Assembly: GCA_963795125.1 (NCBI GenBank)
Contig: CAWCGQ010000004.1
Location: 701,842 to 765,841, forward strand
DNA from: an uncultured Acidimicrobiia bacterium
Lineage (GTDB): Bacteria > Acidobacteriota > Vicinamibacteria > Vicinamibacterales > UBA2999
Length of the DNA: 64,000 nucleotides
Reading direction: 5' to 3'
Each line of letters opens with the position of its first letter. Position 1 is the stretch's first letter. Made by a program: the position numbers and the translations under genes. A model generated the notes under the pieces. It was not told where the DNA came from. It saw only the letters and a list, made by a program, of their open reading frames with translations, and made no database searches. Shown here in pieces: positions 1 through 10,443 of this stretch.

Positions 1-341
1 GGATCCTTGCTGGTGGTCCGGATGCTCGCATTCGGCCGCGCCAGCTGCACGCGCGGTACGAACCGGCATTGCTCGTTGCTGATCGTCAGGTGCGTCGGAC
101 GCTTGTCCTGCGCGGCCACCGGTTTCACTCCGGTCAGCATCACGACCGCACCCGCCAGCCGCCCCCGCGCATCGACGACGATCGCCTCGTCGGGCAACTC
201 GTTGCCGCACGTCTTCTGATCAATCGTCACGCGCAGCGGCGCAGCGCCCTTGACCTTGGTCGTGATCGTGCCGACGACGGACTGGGCGCTTGCCGACGAT
301 GCGGTCAGCAGCAGGCAGAGCATCAATCCGCGACCACTCAT
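1..341 (-). CDS. Secreted cupredoxin-like / carboxypeptidase-regulatory-like protein, truncated by the window edge
   Basis: Manual translation from ATG at 341: MSGRGLMLCLLLTASSASAQ signal peptide, then QKTCG and NEQCRFVPRVQ motifs; frame stays open to position 1 (absent from the ORF track). Confidence 0.6.
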   Translation of the reverse strand, partial: MSGRGLMLCLLLTASSASAQSVVGTITTKVKGAAPLRVTIDQKTCGNELPDEAIVVDARGRLAGAVVMLTGVKPVAAQDKRPTHLTISNEQCRFVPRVQLARPNASIRTTSKD

Positions 342-409
342 TGGCCGAAATCTACCATTCATTGGACTCTCACGCGTCGCGGGTCGATTGCCAGTTACGC
401 TAGGGCATC

Positions 410-2590
410 ATGGTCAGGCGTTCGCTGCTGCCTTTTGTCTCCTGTCTTCTGGCTTGCGCCGCCCTCGGCCTGCTGCCTTCCTCCGTGCGTGCCCAGACCG
501 GCACCACGCTCGGCGGCAGGATCACCCAGACCGAAAACGGCCAGCCGCTCTCGGGCGCGCTGGTGGTGATCGACGAGCTGCGGCGCGAGGCGCGCGCCGC
601 TGAAGATGGCACCTACGTCTTCGATAGTGTCCCGGCGGGGCAATATCACGTCGGCGTTCGCGCCGAAGGCTACAGCACGCGGCGCACCGAGGTCACCGTC
701 GGCGCCACCCCGGTCGAGCTCAACATCTCGATCGATTTCGACCTGCACTTCGCCGAGGTGCTGTCGGTGAGCCCGACGGCACGCCCGCAGTTCGAATCGT
801 ATCAGCCGACCACCGTACTCGACGGCCAGGAACTGACCAAGAATCTCGAGTCGACGCTGGGCGCGACGTTGTCGGAATCGCCGGGCGTGGCGATGCGCGC
901 GTTCGGCAATTCCTCGGCCCGGCCGGTGATCCGCGGCCTCGATGGCGATCGCATCAGCGTGCTCGAAGACGGTCAACGCATGGGCGATCTGTCGAGTCAG
1001 TCGGGCGACCACTCCGTGCAGACCAACCCGGCGGCGGCGCGAAAGATTGAAGTGGTGCGCGGTCCGGCCACCCTGTTGTACGGCGCCAATGCGATCGGGG
1101 GCCTCGTCAACGTCATCACCGACTCGATCCCGTCGGTGAAAACACAGGGTGCCTCCGGCAACTTCACCTTCAATGCCGGCAGCAACGGCGGCGCGGCCGG
1201 CGGCGCCGGGGATATTCACGTCGGCAACGGCAAGTTCGCGCTGCACTTCGGCGGCGCCGGCAACCGCTCCGGCAATTACGACACCCCCGAGGGCGAGGTG
1301 GGCAACTCGCAGTCGCGAACCGCCCTGGGGCAGGTCGGCGCGTCGTGGACCGGCGACAGGTCGTACGCCGGCGCCAGCTACGGTTACGACGAATCCGAAT
1401 ACGGCATTCCCATCGTCGAACAGGGCGCCATCCGGCTGACGCCCGAACGTCACGCGTTCAGCGCCCGCGCCGGTGGCCGCAATCTCGATGGCTGGCTGCA
1501 GTCGTATCGCACGACGCTGGGGGTGCGCGCTTATCAGCACTCGGAGCTCGAGGGCGACGAAGTGGGCACGACGTTTCACAACGACACCGTGGAGGGCGAG
1601 GTGCTGTTGTCGCACAAGCGCACCGGCCGCCTGGTCGGCAGCTTTGGCGGGTGGTTCCTGAACCGTGCCTTCGAAGCCGTCGGCGCCGAAGCGCTGTCGC
1701 CGCCGGTCGATCAGCGGGCCGCGGCGGCGTTCCTCTACGAGGAAGTGGAATCGCCGCATGCGACGCTGCAGTTTGGCGGCCGCGTCGATCATTCCCGGTT
1801 CGAGCCCGTGGTGGGCCGCGAGCGCACCTTCAACGAGTGGTCGGGCTCGGTCGGCCTGCTGCTCAAGCCGGTGGCGGCCAGGGACAACGTCGTGGTCGCG
1901 CTCAACCTGGCGCGCGCTTCGCGGCATCCGTCGCTCGAGGAGCTCTACTACCTCGGCCCGCATCCGGGCAACTTGTCATTCGAGATCGGCAACGCCGAGC
2001 TCGCCGCGGAACATGCGCTCGGCTTCGACGTGGCGGTGCGGGCACGTGGCGATCGCTTCGAGGGCGAGGTGTCGCTGTTCCGCAACGACATTGCCAATTA
2101 CATCTTCCGCCAGCCGACCGGCGACATCGAGGACGACTTTCCGGTGGTCCGCAACATCGGCGCCGATAGCGTCCTCACCGGCGTCGAGGCGCACGGCGAC
2201 GTCAAGCTGACCCCGGAGTTCACCGCTGAACTGACCTACGACATGGTGCGAGGCACGCTCAAGGACTCCGGCGATCCGTTGCCGCGCATTCCGCCGCAGC
2301 GGCTGCTGGTCGGGCTGACCTATCAGAAGAACGCCTTCCAAATCGGCGGCAGCGCGCAGATCGTGTCGCACCAGACGCGCGTGTTTGGCGAGGAAGTCCC
2401 AACCGACGGCTACACGACCGCGAAATTCTTCACCACCTATTCATTCGAGAAGGCCGGTGTGCTCCACACCGTGACCGCGCGCCTCGACAATGCCACCGAC
2501 CGGCTGTATCGCAATCATCTCAACTACCTGAAGGAACTGCTGCCGGAAACCGGACGGAGCTTCAAGGTGGTCTACGCGTTCGGTTTTTGA
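410..2590 (+). CDS. TonB-dependent outer membrane receptor (ZnuD-like) with N-terminal carboxypeptidase-regulatory-like domain
   Basis: 726 aa; signal peptide; plug motifs RPVIRGLDGDR and IEVVRGPATLLYG; C-terminal aromatic residue (F). Confidence 0.9.
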   Translation: MVRRSLLPFVSCLLACAALGLLPSSVRAQTGTTLGGRITQTENGQPLSGALVVIDELRREARAAEDGTYVFDSVPAGQYHVGVRAEGYSTRRTEVTVGATPVELNISIDFDLHFAEVLSVSPTARPQFESYQPTTVLDGQELTKNLESTLGATLSESPGVAMRAFGNSSARPVIRGLDGDRISVLEDGQRMGDLSSQSGDHSVQTNPAAARKIEVVRGPATLLYGANAIGGLVNVITDSIPSVKTQGASGNFTFNAGSNGGAAGGAGDIHVGNGKFALHFGGAGNRSGNYDTPEGEVGNSQSRTALGQVGASWTGDRSYAGASYGYDESEYGIPIVEQGAIRLTPERHAFSARAGGRNLDGWLQSYRTTLGVRAYQHSELEGDEVGTTFHNDTVEGEVLLSHKRTGRLVGSFGGWFLNRAFEAVGAEALSPPVDQRAAAAFLYEEVESPHATLQFGGRVDHSRFEPVVGRERTFNEWSGSVGLLLKPVAARDNVVVALNLARASRHPSLEELYYLGPHPGNLSFEIGNAELAAEHALGFDVAVRARGDRFEGEVSLFRNDIANYIFRQPTGDIEDDFPVVRNIGADSVLTGVEAHGDVKLTPEFTAELTYDMVRGTLKDSGDPLPRIPPQRLLVGLTYQKNAFQIGGSAQIVSHQTRVFGEEVPTDGYTTAKFFTTYSFEKAGVLHTVTARLDNATDRLYRNHLNYLKELLPETGRSFKVVYAFGF

Positions 2591-3852
2591 GACTCGGCGC
2601 GTTTCACGAACTCAACCAGGCGGCCGGCGACGTGCGCGGCGCGCTCCTGCTGCACCCAGTGGCCGGCGCCGTCGACCAGTTCCACGCCCTCGAACTTCGT
2701 GCAGCCGCGCTTCATCGCATCGAGGCTGCCGGCGCGCTGATACACGCCCCAGTCGCTCTTGCCTGATATGAAAAGCGACGGCACGTCGATGGTGCGGCCC
2801 GCGAACAGCCGCAGCTCGGCCGACAGCCGCGGCACGCGGCCGACGCGGTAGGACTGCAACCCGCCCTGGAATCCCGTGCGGCCGTACTCGGCGCTGTAGA
2901 CCCTGAGCTCCTCGTCGGTGAGCCAGGTGTTGCGGGCGATCGCGGCGGCCGTCGGCATTTCTCCGGCGACGCTTTCCGCCATGCCCTTGTCCAGATCCAT
3001 CACGTAGTAGCGCGGCAGCTTCGCCTGCTCGGACGCGTCGTTGGACGCCAGGGGAAACGGCGTGTTCGCCGGCCAGTCGGCGCTTTTCATGTGGTAGTAG
3101 GCGCGCAGAAAATTGTGAATGCCTTGCGCGGCATGCCACATGTTCTCGTTGGCTTCGCGAGTCGTGTAATAGGTCTGATAGTGCTTGCGGGCCGGTGAGA
3201 GCCGCGCCAGTTCTTCGTCAGGGCCGGCAGCCGGCCCGTCGCGCCGTAGCTCGCCGGGACTGTTGCGAGCGGAGGCGGGCTCGTTCGCCGTATTGAACGG
3301 CAGCGGTGCCGGCCCGCCGAACGGCGCGCTCATCATCACCACCGAGCGGAACACGTCCGGCCGCGTCAGCGCGCACCAGCCCGCGACCGGCGATCCGAAG
3401 TCGTGGCCGGCGACCATGGCGACCGAGCGATGACCGAGCGCGTTAATGAGCGCCATCATGTCGCGCACGCGATTGAGCGTCGAAAATGGTGCGAGGTCGT
3501 CATCGAAGCCGACCTCGGTCCCGCCGCTACGGCCGTAGCCGCGCTGGTCGGGCGCGATGACGTGCAACCCAGCCTTCGCGAGCGGCAGCATCACGTGACG
3601 CCAGCTGTAGGCCAACTCCGGAAACCCATGAATCAGCAGCACGGCGGGGCGGCCCGCGCTTTCGAATCCGGCTTCGAGGGCATGCATCGTGATGCCGTTG
3701 ACGCCCGTCACCAGCCGCGAGCGAATGCCGGCCGGGATAGTGGTGGCGCCGTAGGCGACGTCCGGGTTCGCACGCGGCTGGGCGAAGGCCAGCGGTGCGA
3801 GCGGTGCGGCGGCGAGCGACCGCAGAACCTGGCGACGGGTGAGCTGGGTCAT
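2572..3852 (-). CDS. Alpha/beta hydrolase (epoxide hydrolase-like) with Tat-like leader
   Basis: HGFPELAYSW, GHDFG nucleophile motif, GAGHWVQQE; N-terminal TRRQVL; start taken at ATG 3852. Confidence 0.88.
   Translation of the reverse strand: MTQLTRRQVLRSLAAAPLAPLAFAQPRANPDVAYGATTIPAGIRSRLVTGVNGITMHALEAGFESAGRPAVLLIHGFPELAYSWRHVMLPLAKAGLHVIAPDQRGYGRSGGTEVGFDDDLAPFSTLNRVRDMMALINALGHRSVAMVAGHDFGSPVAGWCALTRPDVFRSVVMMSAPFGGPAPLPFNTANEPASARNSPGELRRDGPAAGPDEELARLSPARKHYQTYYTTREANENMWHAAQGIHNFLRAYYHMKSADWPANTPFPLASNDASEQAKLPRYYVMDLDKGMAESVAGEMPTAAAIARNTWLTDEELRVYSAEYGRTGFQGGLQSYRVGRVPRLSAELRLFAGRTIDVPSLFISGKSDWGVYQRAGSLDAMKRGCTKFEGVELVDGAGHWVQQERAAHVAGRLVEFVKRAESQKPNA
3242..3277. repeat. REP-like palindrome inside the hydrolase CDS
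   Basis: CGCC-GTA-GCTCGC-(10 nt)-GCGAGC-GGA-GGCG; reads in frame on the minus strand as PASARNSPGELRR. Confidence 0.5.
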
Positions 3853-3903
3853 GGATGTAGAGCCTACTCCGGGACGGCTGCGGTTTTGCACGCCTCCGCC
3901 TCC

Positions 3904-6306
3904 ATGGCCAAAGCAAAGAAGCGCAGCTCATCCAAGACTCCCCAAAAAACCAAGGCCGAGGCAAAGCCCACGGTGGGCGGACCGGCGCGGCCGTCGGTTG
4001 ATATCGACGCGAGCGATCGTCTCGAATCGAAGGTGGCGGCGACCGGCGACCTCGCTCGGAAGATGCCGTTCAACCGGTTGAAGCCGGCCGAGTTCGACGG
4101 CGACGCCCTCGCCCCCCCGGCGGGCACACCCTTCGAGCCGGCCGATCCGCTCGCGACCGCCAGCACCGCCAGCGAGCATGTCAGTTCCGACAAAGTAGGA
4201 AGCGGCGATCCACCTGTTGGCATCAACGCGACCATTCATCCGCTGGACCACCATCGCGCCGACTCAGCGGGACAGGGGTTGACGACCAATCAGGGCATCC
4301 CGATTGCCGACAACCAGAACTCGTTGAAGGCCGGGCTGCGGGGCCCGACGTTGTGGGAGGACTTCATCCTCCGCGAGAAGATCACCCACTTCGATCACGA
4401 ACGGATTCCCGAACGGATCGTCCATGCCCGCGGCTCGGCGGCGCATGGCTTCTTCGAGTGCTACAAGCCGCTCGACAAGCTGACGCGGGCATCGATTTTT
4501 GCCGAGGCCGGGAAGCGCACGCCCGTGTTCGTGCGCTTTTCCACCGTGCTCGGCGAGCGCGGCTCGACCGACACCGCCCGCGACGTGCGTGGCTTTGCGG
4601 TGAAGTTCTATACCGACGACGGCAACTGGGACCTGGTCGGCAACAACATGCCGGTGTTCTTCATCCAGGACGCGATGAAGTTCCCCGACCTGGTGCACGC
4701 CGCCAAGCCCGAGCCGCATTTCGCGATGCCGCAGGCCGGCACCGCGCACGACACGTTCTGGGACTTCGCCTCGCTGATGCCCGAGATCACCCACATGCTG
4801 ATGTGGGCAATGTCCGACCGCGCCATCCCGCGCAGCTATCGCACCATGCAGGGCTTCGGCGTGCATTCGTATCGGCTGGTCAACGCCAGGGGCGAGTCGG
4901 TGTTCGTGAAATTTCACTGGAACCCGACGGCCGGCACGCACTCGCTGGTGTGGGACGAAGCGGTGAAGATCTCGGGCGCCGATCCCGACTTCCATCGCCG
5001 CGACCTGTGGGAGTCGATCGAAGCGGGGGTGTTTCCGGAATACGAACTGGGCGTGCAGATCATTACCGAAGAGCAGGCGGAGCAGTTCTCGTTCGACGTC
5101 CTCGATGCCACCAAGCTGGTTCCCGAGGAACTGATCCCGGTGCGGCCGATCGGCCGCATGGTGCTCAACCGCAATCCCGACAACTTCTTCGCGGAAACCG
5201 AGCAGGTCGCGTTCTGCACCGCGCAGATCGTGCCCGGCATCGACTTCTCGAACGATCCGCTGCTGGCGGGGCGCATCCATTCCTACGTCGACACGCAGAT
5301 CTCCCGGCTCGGCGGCCCGAACTTCCACCAGATTCCCATCAACTCGCCGATCGCGCAGGTGCACAACAACACCCGCGACGGTCTGCACCAGCACACCGTG
5401 CACCGGGGTCGCGTGTCGTACGAGCCGAACTCGCTCGGCGGCGGCTGTCCGTTCCAGACCGGGAAGATGGGCTTCACCACGTTCCAGGAGCCGATGGTCC
5501 GCGACGACCACAAGGTACGCGGCAAGCCGGAACGTTTTGCCGATCACTACACGCAGGCGACGTTGTTCTTCAACAGCCAGACGCCGGTGGAGCAGCAGCA
5601 CATCATCAACGCCTTTCGCTTCGAGTTGACCAAGGTGCAGACACCGGCAATTCGCGAGCGCATGGTCGCCGGACTGATGAACGTCGACATGGGGCTCGCC
5701 CGCGCCGTCGCCGAGGGTCTTGGCATCACCACCTTGCCGGCGCCGCTGCCGAAGGTGCTGCAAAGGAAGGTCAAGCCGGAAGTGGCGCAGTCGAAGGCGC
5801 TGTCGCTGTTCGCGCGGCCCGGTGACGGCTCCATCCGCGGCCGCCGCGTCGCGATCATCGTGGCGGATGGCGTCGGCGGCGAGGTCGAGGCGACGGCCCA
5901 ACGCCTGGCCTCCGAGGGGGCGGTGCCGATTTTCGTCGGGCCGCGCCTGGGCCGGGTCAAGTCCGATCGCGGCAAGGCGATCGAGATTGGCGCATCGCTC
6001 GAGGTGGCGCCGTCGGTGGTGTTCGATGCGTTGATGCTGCCGGACGGAGAGGCCGCGGCGGGCACGCTGGCCGCCAACGGGCGGGTCCTCGAGTTCATCA
6101 AGGACACCTATCGTCACTGCAAGCCGATCCTGGCGGTCGGCGCCGCGACGCAGATCCTCGAAGCCGCGGGGGTTCCGCTCACGCTGTCGTCAGGCAAGCC
6201 GGACCCCGGTCTTGTGGTCGGCGACGGCGACCTGGCCGCCGCGTTCATCAAGGCGATCGCGAAGCATCGTCACTACGAGCGCGAGTCGGAGCCGCCCATG
6301 GTCTGA
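3904..6306 (+). CDS. katE: Large-subunit catalase HPII with C-terminal DJ-1/PfpI-like domain
   Basis: [42 protein letters not shown]; start taken at ATG 3904 (MAKAKK). Confidence 0.95.
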   Translation: MAKAKKRSSSKTPQKTKAEAKPTVGGPARPSVDIDASDRLESKVAATGDLARKMPFNRLKPAEFDGDALAPPAGTPFEPADPLATASTASEHVSSDKVGSGDPPVGINATIHPLDHHRADSAGQGLTTNQGIPIADNQNSLKAGLRGPTLWEDFILREKITHFDHERIPERIVHARGSAAHGFFECYKPLDKLTRASIFAEAGKRTPVFVRFSTVLGERGSTDTARDVRGFAVKFYTDDGNWDLVGNNMPVFFIQDAMKFPDLVHAAKPEPHFAMPQAGTAHDTFWDFASLMPEITHMLMWAMSDRAIPRSYRTMQGFGVHSYRLVNARGESVFVKFHWNPTAGTHSLVWDEAVKISGADPDFHRRDLWESIEAGVFPEYELGVQIITEEQAEQFSFDVLDATKLVPEELIPVRPIGRMVLNRNPDNFFAETEQVAFCTAQIVPGIDFSNDPLLAGRIHSYVDTQISRLGGPNFHQIPINSPIAQVHNNTRDGLHQHTVHRGRVSYEPNSLGGGCPFQTGKMGFTTFQEPMVRDDHKVRGKPERFADHYTQATLFFNSQTPVEQQHIINAFRFELTKVQTPAIRERMVAGLMNVDMGLARAVAEGLGITTLPAPLPKVLQRKVKPEVAQSKALSLFARPGDGSIRGRRVAIIVADGVGGEVEATAQRLASEGAVPIFVGPRLGRVKSDRGKAIEIGASLEVAPSVVFDALMLPDGEAAAGTLAANGRVLEFIKDTYRHCKPILAVGAATQILEAAGVPLTLSSGKPDPGLVVGDGDLAAAFIKAIAKHRHYERESEPPMV

Positions 6307-6353
6307 CCAGGCCCGGGCGGCCCGACGATGCCACTCTCAGATAAACTGATCGG

Positions 6354-7742
6354 ATGCATCGCGCCTTCCCGGTCCTGGTCTTCCTGGCATTGCTCGCCGC
6401 CTCGCCCTCGGCACAGGGACGCGGTCCCGCGGCGCCATTGGCGCCGTGGCTCGAGCCGTATCGCGCCAACGCCGACAGGATCATTGCCGCCGCCCAGGCC
6501 GATCAGTTCGGGTGGGATCGTCTGGCGGAGCTCACCGACACCTACGGCCAGCGCATCAGCGGCTCGGACAATTTGAATCGCGCGATCGCCTGGGCGCAGG
6601 AGGCGATGAAGAAGGACGGCCTCGAAAACGTGCACGCCGAGCGCGTGATGGTGCCGCGGTGGGTCCGCGGCAGCGAGAGCCTCGAAATCGTCAACCCGCC
6701 GCATCACATCGTGCCGATGCTCGGTCTCGGCGGCAGCGTCGCGACGCCGCCGGCCGGCATCGAAGCCGACGTCATGGTGGTCGCAAGCGGTGATGAGTTG
6801 ACCAGGCGGGCGGCGGAGGCGAAGGGCAGGATCGTGCTCTTCAACGTGCCGTATACCAACTACGGCGAGACCGTCGCGTATCGATCCGGCGGCGCGTCGA
6901 TGGCGGCGCGGGTCGGCGCGGTGGCCTCGCTCGTGCGCTCGGTGGGCCCGATGGGCCTGCGCACCCCCCATACCGGCGGCATGACCTACGTGGCGGAGGT
7001 GCCGAGAATTCCGACGGCGGCGATTCCCGCCGAGGACGCCAATCGCATCCAGCGTCTGGTCAGCCGTGGCGTCACGGTACGCCTCCGCCTGAAGATGGAA
7101 GCGAAGTTCGATCCCGACGTCGAGTCATTCAACGTCGTCGGCGAGGTGCGCGGCAGCGAGAAGCCGGACGAGATTGTGCTGGTCGGCTGTCACTTCGATT
7201 CGTGGGATCCGGGCACCGGCGCATCGGACGACGCCGTGGGATGCATCGTGACGTGGGAGGCCGCGCGCCTGATGAAGAAGCTGAACATTCGTCCGAAGCG
7301 GACGGTGCGGGTGGTGCTGTTCACGAACGAGGAGAACGGCATGCGCGGCGGCAACGGCTATCGCGATCAGCACGCGTCCGAGGCGGCCAATCACGTGTTG
7401 GCGGTGGAGTCCGATTCCGGCGTGTTCGCGCCGGCGCGACTGGGCTTCACCGGTTCCGACGCCGCCAAAAAGACGATGGGCGAGATCGTCACGTTGCTGG
7501 CTCCGCTTGGTCTGCAGGAGATCTCGGGCAGTGGCGGCGGCGCCGACATCGGCCCGATTGCGGCGCTCGGCAAGGTGCCGATGCTGGCGTATTCCGGCGA
7601 CGCGGCGAAGTACTTCACGATCCACCACACGCCGGCCGACACGGTGGATCGCATCGAGCCGCAGGAAGTGTCGAAAGCCGCCGCCGCGCTCGCGGCGGTA
7701 ATTTACGTCGTGGCCGACATGCCCACGACCTTGCCGAAATAG
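6354..7742 (+). CDS. M28 family secreted peptidase (carboxypeptidase Q-like)
   Basis: GCHFDSWD, GASDDAVG, NEENG, HHTPADT; signal peptide. Confidence 0.9.
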   Translation: MHRAFPVLVFLALLAASPSAQGRGPAAPLAPWLEPYRANADRIIAAAQADQFGWDRLAELTDTYGQRISGSDNLNRAIAWAQEAMKKDGLENVHAERVMVPRWVRGSESLEIVNPPHHIVPMLGLGGSVATPPAGIEADVMVVASGDELTRRAAEAKGRIVLFNVPYTNYGETVAYRSGGASMAARVGAVASLVRSVGPMGLRTPHTGGMTYVAEVPRIPTAAIPAEDANRIQRLVSRGVTVRLRLKMEAKFDPDVESFNVVGEVRGSEKPDEIVLVGCHFDSWDPGTGASDDAVGCIVTWEAARLMKKLNIRPKRTVRVVLFTNEENGMRGGNGYRDQHASEAANHVLAVESDSGVFAPARLGFTGSDAAKKTMGEIVTLLAPLGLQEISGSGGGADIGPIAALGKVPMLAYSGDAAKYFTIHHTPADTVDRIEPQEVSKAAAALAAVIYVVADMPTTLPK

Positions 7743-7744
7743 CA

Positions 7745-7769
7745 ATGTAACGGGGTCTGGCACCTTAAC
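7745..7769. repeat. 25-bp dispersed intergenic repeat, copy 1
   Basis: ATGTAACGGGGTCTGGCACCTTAAC, identical to 28628-28652; both follow a stop codon. Confidence 0.75.
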
Positions 7770-7780
7770 GTGGCGTTCTA

Positions 7781-8188
7781 ATGACATTACTTCGTACCTC
7801 TCTGATCGTCCTGTTGCTGAATCTGACAGTTCATGCACAGGCTAAGGACCCGTCGGCGTCGGAGGCCTCAGCGGCGCGCGTTCCGGGAGGCGTCGCCGTT
7901 TACGCGACCCTCAGCAATCCGACGATGTATGACGCCTACGTGCAGTCGGGGACGTCGGATGCCGGGAAGGTTGAATTGCGGGAAAGCGACCCCTCGACCG
8001 CGCTCGGGGCAGGCAAGCCGGCGAGCAACATTACGATTCCTTCATTTGGATCGGTCGAGATGAAAGCGGGCGGGCCGTTCGTGCTGGTGTCGGACTTGAA
8101 GGCTCAGCCCAAGTCGGGCGACACCATCAACGTCACGCTGCAGACCGAGGGCGGCGTCGCGATTGCGATCGCCGCCATTCTCAAGTAG
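7781..8188 (+). CDS. PCu(A)C copper-chaperone-like secreted protein lacking the usual His/Met ligands
   Basis: AVYATLSN...VEL...ITIP..GSVEMKAGG.....L..QPKSGDTINVTL matches the PCuAC layout. Confidence 0.6.
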   Translation: MTLLRTSLIVLLLNLTVHAQAKDPSASEASAARVPGGVAVYATLSNPTMYDAYVQSGTSDAGKVELRESDPSTALGAGKPASNITIPSFGSVEMKAGGPFVLVSDLKAQPKSGDTINVTLQTEGGVAIAIAAILK

Positions 8189-8339
8189 CCGGCGCCCTCC
8201 CTCTGGCGGCGAACCCGCCCGCACCTGCTCCCTCCCGGGGAGATCCGCCGCAATTTCAAGCGGCGGCGGACGCCGAGAATGCCATGTGCGATACTGGCAA
8301 CCAATCCGGTCGGCCAGTCGTCTTTGCTAGAGGGAAATC

Positions 8340-10412
8340 ATGCGCACACACCTCGTTGCCTTCGTTGTGATCGCGATGCTGAGCCCGGTTGCTCTTCGCG
8401 GCCAGGCCGCCAAGCGCGCCATCACCCTGGACGATCACTCGCGGATCATCGCCGTCGGCGATCCGCAGCGATCGCCCGACGGGGTGTGGGTGGCCTACAC
8501 CGTGACGACGATCGATGCGGAGAAGGATCGCCGCAACACCGACATCTGGATGGTGAAGTGGGACGGCAGCGAGCAGCTGCAGCTGACGTCGTCGCCCGAC
8601 GGCGAATCGTCTCCGCGCTGGAGTCCCGACAACAAGTACCTGGCGTTTGTCGCCTCGCGCGGCACCGACGAGGAAAAGAAGAGGGGCGGCCAGATCTGGC
8701 TGCTGAACCGCGCCGGCGGCGAGGCGCAGCGGGTCAGCGATTTCAAGGGCGGCGTGTCCGACATCCAGTGGTCGCCCGACAGCACGCGCCTCGCCTTCAC
8801 CGCCGAGGATCAGGATCCCGCCGATGAGCCCGAGAAGATGGACGGCTGGAAGCGCAAGACCGCGCCGCCGATCGTGATCGATCGCTACCACTTCAAGGAG
8901 GATCGCACCGGCTACCTGAAGGATCTCTACCGGCATATCGGGGTCTTCGACGTGGCGGCGAAGACGGCCAGGGTCATCACCAAGGGCAATACCGACGATG
9001 TCAGCCCGTCGTGGTCGCCGGACGGCAAGTCGATCGCGTTTTTGAGCAAGCGCGGCCACGCCGATCCCGATCGCACCTCCAACGAAGATCTCTGGATCGT
9101 CGAGGCGCGCGAAGGCGCGGAGCCCCGCCAGCTCACCAGCACCGCCGAAGGCGAAAGCGGCCGGCCCACCTGGAGTCCCGACGGCAGCCGCATTGCGGTG
9201 CTGCTGAGCGACAACGATCAGAACACCGCCTACGGCATGAACAAGCTGGTGGTGGTGCCGTCGAATCCGCCGCTGCAGAACGGACCGACGCGGCAGCCGA
9301 CCATCTACATGCCGGCGCTCGACCGCGCGGTGTCGAACGCGACGTGGTCGGCCGACGGCCAGCACATCTCGTTCCTGCTGCAGGACGATCGCACCAATCA
9401 CGTCGCCACCGTGCCGGCGGAGAACCCCAGCGGCACCCTCCAGCGCAAGTCGGCGGGCCGTCGCGTGATCTCGGGGCTCAGTCCCGGCAAGGACGGGAAC
9501 TTCGCGGTCCTGGCCACCTCCCCGACGCAGTTCACCGAGGTCTACGCGCTCGAGGGCTCGAACCTCCGCCAGCTCACCAAACACAACGACCCGCTCGCCG
9601 GCGAGCTGCAGCTGGCAACCACCGAGGATTTCCAGTCGAAGAGCAAGGACGGCACCGACGTGCATGGATTGATCGTCAAGCCGGCCGGCTACAAGGCCGG
9701 CACCAGCTATCCGACGCTGCTGATCATTCACGGCGGACCGAACGGACAGGATCAACACGCGTTCTCGTTCGATCGCGAGTTGCTGGCGGCGCAGGGCTAC
9801 GTGGTGCTGGCGATCAACTACCGCGGCAGCGCGGGACGCGGCAACGCCTGGCAGAAGGCGATCCACGGTGACTGGGGCAATCTCGAGGTGGTCGATCTGC
9901 TGGGCGCCGTCGACGAGGCGGTGAAACAGGGCGTCGCCGATCCCAATCGCCTCGGCATCGGCGGCTGGAGCTACGGCGGCATTTCCACCAACTACACGAT
10001 TGCCACCGACACCCGCTTCAAGGCGGCGATCAGCGGCGCCGGTAGCTCGATGCAGTTCACGATGTACGGGATGGATCAGTACATCATCCAGTACGACCAG
10101 GAGATGGGCCCGCCCTGGAAGGCGAAGGACAAGTGGATGAAGGTGTCGTATCCGTTCTTCAACGCCGACCGGATCAAGACGCCGACGCTGTTCATGGGCG
10201 GCGAGAAGGACTTCAATGTGCCGATCGCCGGCGGCGAGCAGATGTACCAGGCGCTCAGGAGCCTCGGCGTGGATACGCAGCTGGTGATCTACCCCGGCCA
10301 GTTCCACGGCCTGACCATCCCGAGCTACGAGCGCGACCGGCTGCAGCGCTACGTCAACTGGTTCAACAAGTATCTGCAGCCGGCGACCACGGCGACCGCG
10401 TCACGACCATAG
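8340..10412 (+). CDS. S9 family peptidase (acylaminoacyl/dipeptidyl peptidase-like) with PD40 propeller
   Basis: WSPD repeats, IHGGP, GWSYGG catalytic Ser, YPGQFHG. Confidence 0.92.
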   Translation: MRTHLVAFVVIAMLSPVALRGQAAKRAITLDDHSRIIAVGDPQRSPDGVWVAYTVTTIDAEKDRRNTDIWMVKWDGSEQLQLTSSPDGESSPRWSPDNKYLAFVASRGTDEEKKRGGQIWLLNRAGGEAQRVSDFKGGVSDIQWSPDSTRLAFTAEDQDPADEPEKMDGWKRKTAPPIVIDRYHFKEDRTGYLKDLYRHIGVFDVAAKTARVITKGNTDDVSPSWSPDGKSIAFLSKRGHADPDRTSNEDLWIVEAREGAEPRQLTSTAEGESGRPTWSPDGSRIAVLLSDNDQNTAYGMNKLVVVPSNPPLQNGPTRQPTIYMPALDRAVSNATWSADGQHISFLLQDDRTNHVATVPAENPSGTLQRKSAGRRVISGLSPGKDGNFAVLATSPTQFTEVYALEGSNLRQLTKHNDPLAGELQLATTEDFQSKSKDGTDVHGLIVKPAGYKAGTSYPTLLIIHGGPNGQDQHAFSFDRELLAAQGYVVLAINYRGSAGRGNAWQKAIHGDWGNLEVVDLLGAVDEAVKQGVADPNRLGIGGWSYGGISTNYTIATDTRFKAAISGAGSSMQFTMYGMDQYIIQYDQEMGPPWKAKDKWMKVSYPFFNADRIKTPTLFMGGEKDFNVPIAGGEQMYQALRSLGVDTQLVIYPGQFHGLTIPSYERDRLQRYVNWFNKYLQPATTATASRP

Positions 10413-10443
10413 GCAACCCCCGCGCCCTCACCGAGGCCCACGA

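Noticed and set aside
8244-8270. Hairpin TCCGCCGC...GCGGCGGA as an intrinsic terminator
   Set aside because: There is no U-tract on either strand, so support is insufficient.
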